The notes below the pieces were generated by a model. The model ran no database searches and had not been told where the DNA came from. It saw only the letters and a program-made list of their open reading frames with translations. DNA of 64,000 nucleotides from Octopus sinensis. Taxonomy: Eukaryota. The stretch is from positions 26,164,001-26,228,000 of the forward strand of contig NC_043003.1 in the NCBI RefSeq assembly GCF_006345805.1. Direction: 5' to 3'. The position numbers were made by a program, and so were the translations under genes. Shown here in pieces: positions 1-12,711 of the stretch (its first letter is position 1; every line of letters starts with the position of its first letter).

Positions 1-1606
1 CAGTAAGTGTTATTTTCTATTTGCTTCTATCTAGAAATCAATGGAAATGACTACTATTCTTTTCAAACTTTGTTTTTGTGACCTGGACATCAATGTTCTG
101 AAACTGACCTATTTTTCATTACATTTCAGATGGATTCAGTGCCAAGTTGCTGAAGCAGAATTTTCTAGAAGTTTTTAGAATTTCTAGAATGTATTAGCAA
201 CATAGATGGCAGATAAATACAGGGACTGTAAACCCAACAGTTCAGTTTACTTCTAGTTATCTGAGTGGAGACAAGTGGGCAAAAACAAAGTTTGAAGGAA
301 ATAGCCATTTTTCATACTTTCTTAGAAATAACAGCTGCTACTCAAGGACAAAAATCATGTTACACAGTGTAATATGCTTGTGTGTGTGTGCATATATATA
401 TGAATGTATATGTGAGTACATGCAATGTGCATTACTGCATGTTGGAAATTTTGAAGCCAGATGAAAAGCATTCAGTTTTTTGTTCCCACTTTTTGAATAA
501 TTAGATTTAAAAACAAACAAACTTGCATTGTACCTTCAAGTGTATGTGATAGACAAAAAAATAAAATAAAATAATCTTGTGGTTAAGGAGTCTGCTTTGC
601 AACCAAGTGATTCTAGGTTTGATCTCACTGTTCAGTGCTATAGCTAAATGTTTTTTCCACTGTAGTATTAAGTCAGCAAAAGCCTTGTGGTTGAAATTTG
701 GTCAACAGAAATTTGTGCAGAAGACTATTGTTTATTTGTGTGTGTGTTTGTATTGGCAAGAGAGAGACTAACAAAACTGATGTTATCATTTTAACATCTA
801 CTTTTGCATGCTCACATGGATCAGATGAAATTTGTGAGGCAGATTTTCTATAGCCAGATGCCCTTCATGTTGCCTATTCTCACCTGTTTCCAACCAAGGT
901 AATATTTCTCCATGGCCAAATATGCTTTTCATGGAAGACTAGAAACAAACAACACTGCTTGTATGGTGATGCTTGTTTACAGCCATTATGTGGTGTCAAG
1001 ACAAGGGTACATATAAACACAGACATACATGTATAAAACAACTCACAAGGCATTGGTCAATTTGGGGCTATAGTTGAAGACACTTGCTCAAGGTGTCATA
1101 CAGTGGGACTGGAGCTGAGTCCAGATGGTAGAGAAGCAAGCTTGTCAATCACACTCTTACACCTGGTGTATCTAACAAAAATATATTGTAATATTTACTT
1201 TCTAGCAAGTATGCTGCTTTATGATAAGGACTTTTGTGTTTTCTCCCTTACAAAATCACCATAAAGTACTGGAGCTGTCAGGGCTAGTGCCATGTAAAAA
1301 GCACCAAGTACACCCTGTAAAGTGGTTGGCATTAGGAAGGGTATCCAGCCATAGACACCAAGCCAAAACAGACTATGCATCCTCGTGCAGCCCCTGGCCT
1401 TGTCAATTCTTGTCAAGCCATTTAACCTATGCCAGCATGGGAAATGGACATTAAATGTTGATCATGATGAAAACCCTTTGCAACAGTGTCCAAACATAGC
1501 TGCAATTTGAAGACTAACTCTAGCAAAAGAATAAATTGACAAAATCTCAGAAATCAGGCCTACTTTGAAATTTACACAATTTTTTCAAGTTCACAATTTC
1601 ACTTAC

Positions 1607-1705
1607 CCAATCTTCAATGACTTCTTTGATGGCAGACACTGTAAGGATGAACAGGAGAGGCACTGCCGTTGTATAACGCCCTGTTGGCGATACATTTGGA
1701 ATTTG
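1607..1705 (-). CDS. ATP8A1: P4-ATPase (phospholipid-transporting ATPase IA/IB-like) coding exon, third of three found: [33 protein letters not shown] (TM1-TM2 loop and TM2)
   Basis: 99 nt, phase 0/0. Acceptor ...ctttcag|CAA (AG at 1707-1706), donor TGG|gtaagt (1606-1601). Peptide matches the ATP8A motif [21 protein letters not shown]...KExIED from memory. ATP8A1 versus ATP8A2 orthology cannot be decided here. Confidence 0.95.
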
Positions 1706-1808
1706 CTGAAAGTAGAAAATGTCATTGGTCACAGAGAGGTCATTCAAATGGTTCATTTTTGCATACAACTCTTTAGTTAAAATTTAAAATTATAAATTTA
1801 TATATATG

Positions 1809-1911
<103 letters not shown>

Positions 1912-2154
1912 TAGAGAGAGAGAACACAAATGAGTTAAGGTTCACTACAGCTGAAAAAAAAAACTGTTTTCTTCAGGTGAATTAAAAACTTAAAATTTGG
2001 TTCCGAAAATACCAAGTTGTGGAATATGTGTTGACCCTCTCATTTTGGCAACATGCTTTCACAAGAATAGTGTTGAAAGTGACTTTGAAGTTTTGGTCTG
2101 CTCTGCCTTCTGAGTTACTGTCAGCACTATTCTCGTTGAAGAATAATTAATATA

Positions 2155-2368
2155 TGTGGTGGTGCTGAAAAGTTCCTGGTATTAAGGGTATTGTGAAAGG
2201 CATGGTTGGAGGTCCAGCTTTCCAAGTTCTTTTATAGGTATAGAAAAACTGAAGGATCGCTGCAATAAGTGTGAGAATCTGAGATGGGAGTACGTTGAAT
2301 AAAATCGTAATTGACTGATCCTCTTCTATTTTCTTTTACCCAAAGCCAGGAACTTTTCAGCACCCCTG
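2155..2368 (+). mobile_element. Mariner-derived MITE carrying the transposase C-terminus
   Basis: TIRs GGTGCTGAAAAGTTCCTGG / CCAGGAACTTTTCAGCACC with TA at both flanks. Internal SFIGIEKLKDRCNKCENLRWEYVE* resembles the mariner C-terminal end. Confidence 0.8.
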
Positions 2369-3515
2369 TACTTGACAAAAGTATTGAGTACTTTTTCAGT
2401 TTAATGTAAAAGTGTTTTTATAACTCTATATAAAACAAACATTAATATAGGTAGATAGATAGATAAGTTGCTAAGGTAAGGAAGAGCAAAGACCTAACAG
2501 TCCTCTTCCATGAGGAGACTGATGTGATCACTGCTGAATCTGATTGAAGATAAAACATGGATAGGGAGAGAACTGAAAGTCTTGTTTAAATGTTGATAAT
2601 AGAATGAACTCCACTAAAGGCACTAAAAGACCAAGTAGTGATGCTAAGCTTTCCACACACACATGCTATACACACACACATTCTAAGTCCGTCAGGGAAA
2701 TAAGGAAAATGTCCATGATATATGCAAGCCATCTCAGTCCAGTGAGACTGACGCCATATATCTACAGGTCAGTGTCCGCAGGAAAATTGTGAGTGAATGA
2801 CCAGCTAATATTTACTTTCACATAAATTATCATCGTCACCATTGTGATTTCCTGTTGTTATATTTCCATTATCCAAGTTTAAACAACAAGTTTTGGTATA
2901 TTTGCTTACATTACTTATAAATATATTATATTTACTTATTAAGTAAATATTTTACAGCTAGATACCTTGAATCCACTTTCAACTGCCAGTTGCTTAACTG
3001 TAAAGTAGGAATAGAATCTGATGTCAGCTGAGAAAGCAACAAATGAAAATGTCTGTAGCAAGGATTACACCATCATTTCTTGACCTTATCTTGTAGCACA
3101 ATGCCTCCTTTCACTGAAGGGTCCTTACAAATGACCCCTTGCTATCATCATTTGAATGTCCACTTTTCTGTGCTTGCATGGATTAAATGGAGTTTATTAA
3201 GGCGGGTTTTATATGGCTGGATGCCCTTCCTGTTGCTAACCCTTACCTGTTTCAAAGCAAGGCAATATTTCCCCGTTGCCAACCTGTTTTCACAGTATAC
3301 TGGAAATGAGACTACCTGTATGACAGTGACACTCATTTATAACTAACATGCGATATCAACATAACACACACAACAGTTTCCATTGAACAAATCCACTCAG
3401 AAGGCTTTGGTTAGTTCAGGGCTATAGTAGAAAGTGCTATGCCCAAAGTGAACCCAAAACCATAGGGTTAGAAAGCAAACTTTTTAACCACACAGTCATA
3501 CATGCACCCTGTATT

Positions 3516-3554
<39 letters not shown>

Positions 3555-3570
3555 ATTTGGAATATTTTAA

Positions 3571-3804
3571 CCCTTTTGTTGTCATATTTCTCTTGTAATA
3601 CATAGTCTTTTGTTTCAATTAATTTTGAAAATAACGAAGAAATAAAAAGAAATAAACTTCTGTACCATTATATTAAGTGGGTGTTTAAGATATAAATCAA
3701 CATGAAATTTTAATGGAATGCTCTTAATTCAGACCATTTTAAAACCAGGATTTTTTTCATCATAAAACCTGGTGTAGTAACAGACAGATCTGGTATCAAG
3801 AGGG
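3571..3804 (+). mobile_element. piggyBac-like MITE family 1
   Basis: TTAA-CCCTTTT ... AAGAGGG-TCAA ends. Related copies at about 23643-23863 (opposite orientation) and 28027-28257. Confidence 0.55.
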
Positions 3805-4279
3805 TCAAGTAAACCAAAGCTAATTTTGTGGTTTATTATCCACAATTTCATTGAACCTGTATTTCTTCGTAGATGTTTGCATGAACTGGTTGCTCCCCTG
3901 TGTTAAGTTTTTATGAAGATTACTTAAAATAGGTGAGGACTTTATCACTTACCTCTTACTTGTTTCAGTCATTAGACTGTGGCCATGCTGGGGCATTGCA
4001 TTGAGGAACTTTTAGTCAATTGAATCAACCTCAGTGCTTATTTTATTTTTAAGATTGGTAGTTATTCTATCAGTCTCTTTTGCCAAACCACTAAGTTACA
4101 AGGATGTAAACACACCAATACCAGTTGTCAGGCATGGTGTGGGATAAACACAGACACAGATAGATATACATTGGGCAAATGTCTACTATAGTTTTAGTCC
4201 AACCAAAGCCATGTGAGAGGAATTGGTAGATGGAAACTGAAAGAAGCCTGTGCTATATATATATATATATATATGACAG

Positions 4280-4617
4280 TGGCTCCTGATCGATGCCTGA
4301 TTGGCTGCCGTGCTGGTAGCATGTAAAAAGCAGCATCCAAACATGGTTGATGCCAGTGCTCCCTGACTGGCTACCATGCTGGTGGCACGTAAAAAACACC
4401 CAGTACACTCTCGGAGTGGTTGGCATTAGGGAGGGCATCCAGCTGCAGAAACCTTGCCAGATAAGATTGGGGCTGGTGCAGCCTACTGGCTTCCCAGTCC
4501 TCAATCAAACTGTTCAATCTAGTAGCCTGGTGCAGCCTACTGGATTGCCAGTCCTCAGTCAAACTGTTCAACACATGTCATCATGGAAAGCTAACATTAA
4601 ATGATAATGATGATGAT
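4280..4617 (+). mobile_element. 3' UTR fragment of an RTE LINE (or derived SINE) with (GAT)n tail
   Basis: cacgtaaaaa-cacccagtacactctcggagtggttggcattagggagggcatccagctg ... atggaaagctaacattaaatgataatgatgatgat, the same sequence as the UTR of the 45419-46020 element. Contains an internal tandem duplication of about 45 bp. Confidence 0.7.
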
Positions 4618-5244
4618 ATCTGTCTGTGTCTGTGTTTGTACTCCACCACTGCTTCACAATTGATGTTGGTTTGATTATGTCCCCATAACTTAGCAGTTTG
4701 ATAAAAGAAACTGATAAAATAAGTGCCAGGATTAAAATAAAATTCTTTAAGACGGTACCCCAGCAAGGCCCCAGTCTAATGACTGAAGCAAGCTAAAGAT
4801 AAAAGATATTTATTGTAATGAATTTAAATATTTTATATCTAAAAAAAATGAGAAAGATAAAAAAAAAAAATCACAACCCCTATGAACATGTGACATTCTT
4901 TGTAGCACCTTCTTAACATTTACTGCTCCCCTTGTGAGTTCACGATGCCTCCAAAGATGTGTACTATTACCCAGGCTTAGAACCATTAGTTTAAATTCAT
5001 ATTTCTTTTTTAAACAAACAAAAAAAGAAACCATACACACAAACACATGAGAAAGGAGTGCTACAGAAAGGCAGAAACAAAATGAGGGATGTGCAAAGCA
5101 TATTGTGGCTAACTTATTTTATTGAATGAGCTCAGAGAAATAATGTCACCTTCTGTAGGGTTACACAGAATTGTGTGACAGTGAACTGAAAGACATAACC
5201 AGAACTACTGAAATGTCATAAGAAATGATGAGCAATAAATATAA

Positions 5245-5549
5245 AAGGAGCACTCCATCGGTTATGACAACGAGGGTCCCAGCTGATATGATCAACGAAA
5301 CAGCCTGCTGGTGAAATTAACGTGCAAGTGGCTGACCATTCTACAGACACGCATACCCCTAACGTAGTTCTCAGGGAGATTCAGCGTGACACAGAGTGTG
5401 ACAAGGCTGAGCATTTGAAATTCAGGTACAACTCGTTTTTGCCAGCTGAGTGGACTGGAGCAACGTGGAATAAAGTGTATTGCTCAAGGACACAACGCGC
5501 CGCCGGGAATTGAACTCAAGACCTTACAATCGTGAGCCGAATGCACTAA
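5245..5549 (-). mobile_element. tRNA-derived SINE (family with tgtgtccttgagcaa...ccagtccactcagctggcaaaa core)
   Basis: B-box-like gagttcaattccc head on the minus strand. Related copies at about 8050-8380 (+), 16010-16310 (-), 42200-42460 (-) and 56090-56375 (-). Confidence 0.7.
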
Positions 5550-5852
5550 TAAATATATATATATATAAATGAAAATGACATAATTATAAACTATATGAGA
5601 GAGAGGAGACATAGAAAAACACAAAGATTGAGAGGAGGAGAGGGAAAAGACAGAGGCAGAGATAAGAGAAAAAAGGAGGAAAAAAGGCTGAGAGATATAG
5701 GCAGGGATAGGAATGGAATATAGAAAGGTAGAGAGAGAGAGCGCAAGATCAAAGAGAGAAAGAGAGATCAGGGAGAGAGAGAAATAGATCAGAGAGTGAG
5801 AGAAAGAGATCAGAGAGAGAGTAAAGAGACAATGGCAAAATAGAATACAAAG

Positions 5853-5896
<44 letters not shown>

Positions 5897-6322
5897 GAGT
5901 AAGTAGGAAAGAGAAAGGAAGAAGTTTTTGCGGTGTAGTGTGACTGTACCCAGGTGAAATTGAAGCAGTAATTTGGTTTCAATTACAAGCTAAAATTTAA
6001 TCCCTTTTTACACAACTAAATGCCAATGAGAGACGGTATGACTGTGCCAACTCCAAGAAATTTGAACCCTATTATTTTGATAGGTCATCACTTGTATGCA
6101 TATGAGTGAGTAATGAAGGAGTTTTTAAGCACTGGGTTTTTTTTTTTTTTTACATTACAAAGTATCCATCAGTGGGTAACTGAATATGTAACTTAGATCT
6201 AATAAACACGGGCATAGCTGTGTAGTTAAGCAGTTTGTTTCTCAACCCAATCAACCCCTGGGCTGACAAGGGACTGCCCTGTGAGTGGATTTGATAAAAG
6301 CAAACTGAGAAAGAATATTGTC

Positions 6323-6353
<31 letters not shown>

Positions 6354-6798
6354 TTTGTTAAAAAGTTACACTGTTTGCATAGTGTTCTGTTGGAATTTCT
6401 CTCGTCAATAAATTACCCACTTGCTTCGTGCCTTTGAAGCCATGTGGCTTGAAAGACAGATAAGGGCAAGCACCAGGAGTGGCATACAGCTGCAAAACAA
6501 ATGTTTCCTGATAACATTTTTGCCTAAACCATGCCAACATAGAAAAGCAGGTGTAAAACAAACAGAAATCTATCTACCTGGCCACTAGGATAATGCAAGC
6601 GCATGCACACACACACAGAGTGGATTTTTTGTCCATTATCTTTTACTTGTTTCAGTCAAGTATAATGGTGATGCTGGGGCACAGCACTGAAAAATTCAGT
6701 CAAACAAATTGACACCAGTACTTATTTTCAAGTCTGGTACTTATTTTATTGGTCTCTTGCTACAATGCTAAGTTATGGGAATGTGAACAAACTAACAA

Positions 6799-7023
6799 CT
6801 TATTTCTTTATTGCATACAAGGGGCTAAACATAAAGGGGGACAAACAAAGGAATTAAGTTGATTACATCGACTCCAGTGCGTAACTGGTACTTAATTTAT
6901 CGACCTCGAAAGGATGAAAGGCAAAGTCGACCTCGGCAGAATTTGAACTCAGAATGTAAAGACAGACGAAATACCGCTAAACATTTCACAAGGTGTGCTA
7001 ACATTTCTGCCAGCTCACCACCT
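6799..7023 (-). mobile_element. SINE with Deu/Nin-like domain (tttgcctttcatccttTCgaggtcgataaattaagtacc)
   Basis: Near-complete copy, matching the plus-strand copy at about 49336-49565. Superfamily assignment is from memory of the Deu-domain motif. Confidence 0.7.
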
Positions 7024-9126
7024 AACAACTGTTAAGGGGTAGTGGGTGGACAAGCACAAAGACACACACACACACACATGCAACAGGCTTCCACATGGTT
7101 TCCACCAACCAAATCTACTCACAAGGTATTGGTCAAAGTAGAAGATACTTTCCCAAAGAACCAAAGTGCAGTGGGACTGAACCTGAATTCATGTGGTTGC
7201 CAAGCAAGCTTCTTACACCACACAGCCATGCCTGCACCTCATGATACTTCAGCTAAAATACCTAACATCATAACACAAATTAGACAAATTATGAAGTGCT
7301 GAAGGATGGCCTCCGGATGCTGAACTTTTAGACAACATGATGGAGGCCTGAAATACCTGGCACTTTGCTGTACTCAAGAAGACCCATACTCCACAGCAGA
7401 AGTGGACTGGCCAGTAAGAGTCCTGTGCAGGTGCACTGGCACATAAGAGTGCTTGTGCAGTGCCATGTAAAAGCACTCTGAACATTTAAGTGGTTGGCAT
7501 TAGGAAGGGCATTCAGCTGTAGAAACCATGCCAAATCAGACTGGAGCCTGGTGCAGCTCTCCAGTTTTTCAGCCCTGGTCCAACCATCCAACCCAATGCT
7601 AGCATGGAAAACGGACATTAAATGATGTCAATCTTGAAGTGATCCTGTTGAGAAGAGAAGAGGCAATACCAATACACACACTCAGAAGAAGGTATGGTAT
7701 TTAGGAGAATCTAATTTGCAGCATGTCCTCAAAAATAAAATCATACAGTTTACAACCACATGAAAACAACTAGCTAGTAGATTTGGTCAACTGATGTTAT
7801 CTTCTTTTATCTTTTATTTGTTTCAGTCATTGGACTATGGCCATACAGGGGCACCACCTTGAAGAGTTTTTAGTCTAACAGATGTACTTATTCAATTGGT
7901 CTCATAGCTGAGCTGCTAAGTTAAAGGGATATAAACAAACCAACACTGGTTGTCTTGTGGTGGAGATGGTGGTAGTGGGACATGAACACAGGGGCAAAGA
8001 TTCACATGCACACACTTTTATCTATCTATCCATCCACCCACTATACACATGAAAGCACATGGCTCAGTGGTAAGAACATCAGGCTCACAATCATGAAGTA
8101 ATGAGTTCAATTCCTAGACCGAGTTGTGTGTTGTGTTCTTGAGCAAGACACTTTATTTCACATTGCTCCAGTTTATTCATCTGTAGAAATGAGTTGTGAT
8201 GTCACTGGTGCCAAACTGTATAGGCCTTTGCCTTTCCCTTGGATAACATCAGTGGCATGGAGAGGTGAAGATGGTGTGCATGGGTAACTGCTGGTCTTCC
8301 ATAAACAACCTTGCCTGGGCCTGTACCTCAGAGGGGAACTTTCTAGGTACAATCCCATGGTCATTCATTACTGAAGGGGGTCTTTACTTTTTACCCTTTT
8401 ACACCACACACACACAAACAAACATACACATGATGGCTTCCACACAGTTTCCGTCTACCAAATCCACTCGCATTAGTCAACCCAGAGCTATCATAGCAGA
8501 CACTTGCTCAAGATACTGCACAGTGGAACTAAACTTGAAATCATATGGTTGCAAAGGGTGATTCTTAACCACACAGCCATGCCTGTATGTAACTGTATTT
8601 AAATTAAAATCAAATCAACAGAATAATTGAATTTCAGAATATAAGGGGACATAATCACTGATTTTGATTTATCCTTTGACTTCATTCTTCATTGGTGGTG
8701 GCGGTGGGGTGATGGTAATGGTAGTGGGGTAAATAAATATTGATATTGCGTTGGTGTCAAATTGATTGCAACCCACCTTCAAAACTTGTGACCTTGTGCC
8801 AAAATGAGAACTCATGAGGATGACTATGACAAGTATAATGAGCATCCTTTTTGACAGCTGCAAAGAGTGTGATCATACATACACAACCATCTTCTCCTTC
8901 CCACCCCAGTCTCTTACTCTCTCCTCTCGCTGTCACACTCTCACACACACACCCCTAAAGATACACATACTACCAGAGGTACTTTCAACTGTGCATGCAC
9001 ACATACACACCTACCGAACAGAAAAATATTTGGACATCACCAAAGACCAAGGAGAAGATGCAGGTGCAAAAAAAAAGGGAAAGAGAGAGAGAAAAGCAAA
9101 GAGGAAAGAAGGAAGAAGCTAGAGAG

Positions 9127-9164
<38 letters not shown>

Positions 9165-10014
9165 AAAGGGGAAAGAAAGAAAAATAGAGATAAAAAGGCA
9201 GAATGAGAGAGAGAGAGAGAGGGGGGAGAGGGAAAGAGCAAAGGGGAAAGAAAGAGAAAGCAATAGAGACACAGACAGAATGAGAGAGGGCGGGGTAATG
9301 AGTAAGCTGGGATACCAGCAGCAATGAGTTTATAGTTGGTGGGTAGCTGAATGAATACATAAAACGATGAAAGGAGAGAAAGTAAAAATGAAGAAAAAGA
9401 AAAGCAAGGAGAGAAGAGGAAAAAAAGAAAAGAGATGAAGGAGGATGAAAGGAAAGATGGAGAAAAAAAAACACTGAAGGTGTATTAAATACTGATTTGA
9501 TTTTTGAATAAATTTGATTTTGAGATCCAGTGTTGTGGTAGTGGCGGTAGTGATGGTGGTAGTGATGATGATGTTGTACAAGCATGGAGATGCTGTGGCT
9601 GTGGTCATGGAGGGGTGGTCACACTTGGTTTTGGATGTAGAATACTGATGCTGAATTAGATGGGGGAAGGGCATATGTACTGGGTGGGTAGGGGCATTGG
9701 GTAGGCTTTCCTTGTTGTGTAGGGGTTGATTGCAGCACACACACATGTGGTTGGCATAGGTGGGTGTGGTAGCGGGTAGATGGCAAAATTGTATTGAGAG
9801 AGATGGATAGAAAGGAAGAGGTAGAGACAAGGAGAGAAGACAGAGAAAGGGAACATGAAGACTCAGGGTGCAGGAGCAAAGAAATGGGGAAAGAGCATAA
9901 GTTGGAGAGGAGAAGAAACAGAGAGAAAGACAGAGAGAGTGAGTGAGATATGGAGAGAGAGAGAGAGAGGAAGAGAGTGAGATATGGAGAGAGAGAGAGT
10001 GAGATATATATATA

Positions 10015-10325
10015 GAAAGTGAGATATGGAGGGAGAGAGAGATATGAAGGGAGAGAGAGATATGGAGGGAGAGAGAGATATGGAGGGAGAGAGAGATATG
10101 GAGGGAGAGAGAGATATGGAAGGAGAGAAAGATATGGAAGGAGAGAGAGATATGGAAGGAGAGAGAGATATGGAAGGAGAGAGAGATATGGAGGGAGAGA
10201 GAGATATGGAGGGAGAGAGAGATATGGAGGGAGAGAGAGATATGGAGGGAGAGAGAGGGTGAGATATGAAGAGAGAGAGATGGAGAGTGAGATGGAGAGA
10301 GTGAGATGGAGAGAGTGAGATGGAG
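10015..10325. repeat. 18-bp minisatellite (GAGAGAGATATGGAGGGA)n, about 13 units plus degenerate flanks
   Basis: Direct reading. Gives a 6-aa periodicity (MEGERD) in the ORF track. Confidence 0.95.
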
Positions 10326-10826
10326 AGAGCGAGTGAAAGATTTGGAGAAAAAGAGTAGCTGATTGAGAGAGTGACTACATTCAAAATGTATTGATTAGTA
10401 AAAACCATTGTAGCAGAGAGAGTATATGGTGGTGGTAATTTGGTGTATTATTCTATGGAGAACTTGACAATGATCAGAAGACTATTTCAGATAACAATAA
10501 CAACAAAAACAGAAAAAAAGATAATATAGAAAGAAAAAAAAAACTGAAATTCTTTAAATATATTTACTTTATTTATTATTCTATTAGTTATTTTCTTTTG
10601 TAAATTGTTTCTATCATTTTATTTTAATGTTGTTTGTTTTTCTAAATTTAAATATTTTTTAATCATTTAAATTTTTTTATTCCATTCATAGATCTGTTTT
10701 TGTTTTTTCTTTTTTGGTAGTTGTTTTTGTTTTTTAAAGAACAATTAAAGACAGGCGAATAGAAAGCTGAGTATGTACCACAATAGAAGCAAGGCATTGT
10801 CAGTACTAATGACAAACATCAGTAGG

Positions 10827-10865
<39 letters not shown>

Positions 10866-12397
10866 CATACATGCACACACACACACACACAAATGAAATG
10901 GTGATGTAGTTGTTTGATTGGTTGGTTGTAGTTGTTGTTGTTGCAGGCGATAATGCAGGGTAGAAGTTAGGTAGGCAGGTGGGTGATTCAATACCCATTT
11001 CTGCTTATTTTTCGAAGGGTTAAAAATTATAGAAAAAAAAAAAAAATAAAAAACATCAAAAATAAATCTCATCAACATTCACAATAACAACTTCAATGAA
11101 ACAAATCAAAACAAAAAAAAAAAAAAGGACTAAAGGTAAAATGAAAGTAACAGAAAGTAAAGAAGAAAAACAAAATTGTTTGTGACTGAACAGCAAAAGG
11201 TTAAAATACAATTTAGCTTTAAAGGTTCCTTATGTAGGTATGCATGTGTAGGTGAGGGCTTTTGTTAGTCAATGATTCACACGTACACGTATGCAAAGCT
11301 TTTGTAGCGGAGTCATACCTAATGTGTGTGTGTAAGAGGCTTCTGGGTAACTAAAGGTTTTTATACAGAAAACACGTGCACATGTTTATGCAAGTGTGAA
11401 GACTTTTATGGAAGAATCATGTGGATGTGTATACGTGATGTGATTTAAGGGTTTTTCCTGGAGGATCGGCATTCTTTTATTCTTTTACTTGTTTCAAACA
11501 TTTTGACAGTGGCCATGCTGGAGCACTGCCCTGAAGAGTTTTAGTCAAACAAATCGACCCCAGAAGTTTTTTTTTTTAAAAGCTTAGTACTTATTCTATC
11601 AGTCTATTTTGCCGAACTGCTAAGCTACAGGGACATGAGTACACCAGTACCAGTTGTCAAGGGGTGGGGGTGGGGGGATACATAGACACACACACACATG
11701 GCAGGCTTCTTCCAGTTTCTGTCAACCAAATCCAATAGCAAAGGTTTGAGTCAACCTGAGGCTATAGTAAAAGACATTTGTCCAAGGTGTCATGCAGTTA
11801 GATTGAACTTGGAACCACATGGTAGGGAAACAAGCTTCTTACCACATAGCCATGACTAGTTTCAAAGTAGGGTCTCAGAGTCCTTAACTACAGACACAAA
11901 AGACTGATACAAATACAACAACCAAACAGGTATTTACAGAACAACAGAGAGACATCATTGACAGGAAAGAAGTTTTCATTTAGCCCCAGGGATGCTCTGA
12001 CTGAGCAGACCTATTATCAAAAATATTCCAGCTTTGGTCATCCTGTCTTTTCCTATATGTAAATCTACATTAACCAATGTGCTTTTACATTTCTGAAGAC
12101 AGTAGGAGGCTATCTGATGAAGATTTGGTTGCTACTTCTAATAGGTGCAGCAGTTTTGTAGAAGCATCTCTGGTGATTCAAGGGAGGAAAAGTGATACTT
12201 GAGGTCCCTTGTAGGCTACTTATCTAACCACCTGTATGCTAAGGACCAAAAGCAAGATTTATGGTCCTCTCTCATGCCAAAACCTTGTATTAAACTTCAT
12301 GCAGAACCTCTGCAGAGATGAAAGGTCATGATGACCTAGGCAGTATTTAAAATACAGTACTCTAAGGATAGTAAATATTTCATTTTCAGAATACTGC

Positions 12398-12711
12398 CTG
12401 GAGAGAGTCATTTTCTTTCTGTGCCTTATTATTTAACGCACTCAACGGTAAAATTTCCACTTATTTCTTATTTTTATTTTCCTAAAATTTTCGTTGCATC
12501 TTGCAACCGTTTCACGAGTCAAGTCTATTGAAAAGGTTGCAAGACGCAACGAAAATTTTAGGAAAATAAAAATAAGAAATATGTGGAAATTTTACTGGTG
12601 AGTGTGTTAAATAATAAGGCACAAAAAGAAAATGACTCTCTCCAGACACAACAGAATATGCTTCAACATGAACTCATATAAAGAATTTTGCAAACCAAAT
12701 CCAAAAATGAA
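12398..12711. mobile_element. Palindromic foldback/MITE-like element
   Basis: 117-bp arms (12398-12514 and 12529-12645) around a 14-nt loop, followed by a terminal segment to 12711. Second copy at 43605-43968 and a degraded arm at about 13757-13965. Confidence 0.8.

Noticed and set aside
1-1600. Search for the next flippase exon (expected KRHxAD...VN)
   Set aside because: No matching minus-strand sequence found; the exon is presumably left of the window.
9009-9080. Donor TCG|gtaggt in intron 3 (possible extra exon)
   Set aside because: The phase-0 frame is low-complexity with no credible acceptor or start, and the ATG-containing frame is phase 2, incompatible with the 1705 exon.
8985-10408. 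ORFs rich in ER/SL/MEGERD repeats
   Set aside because: Translations of (GA)n and the 18-bp minisatellite.
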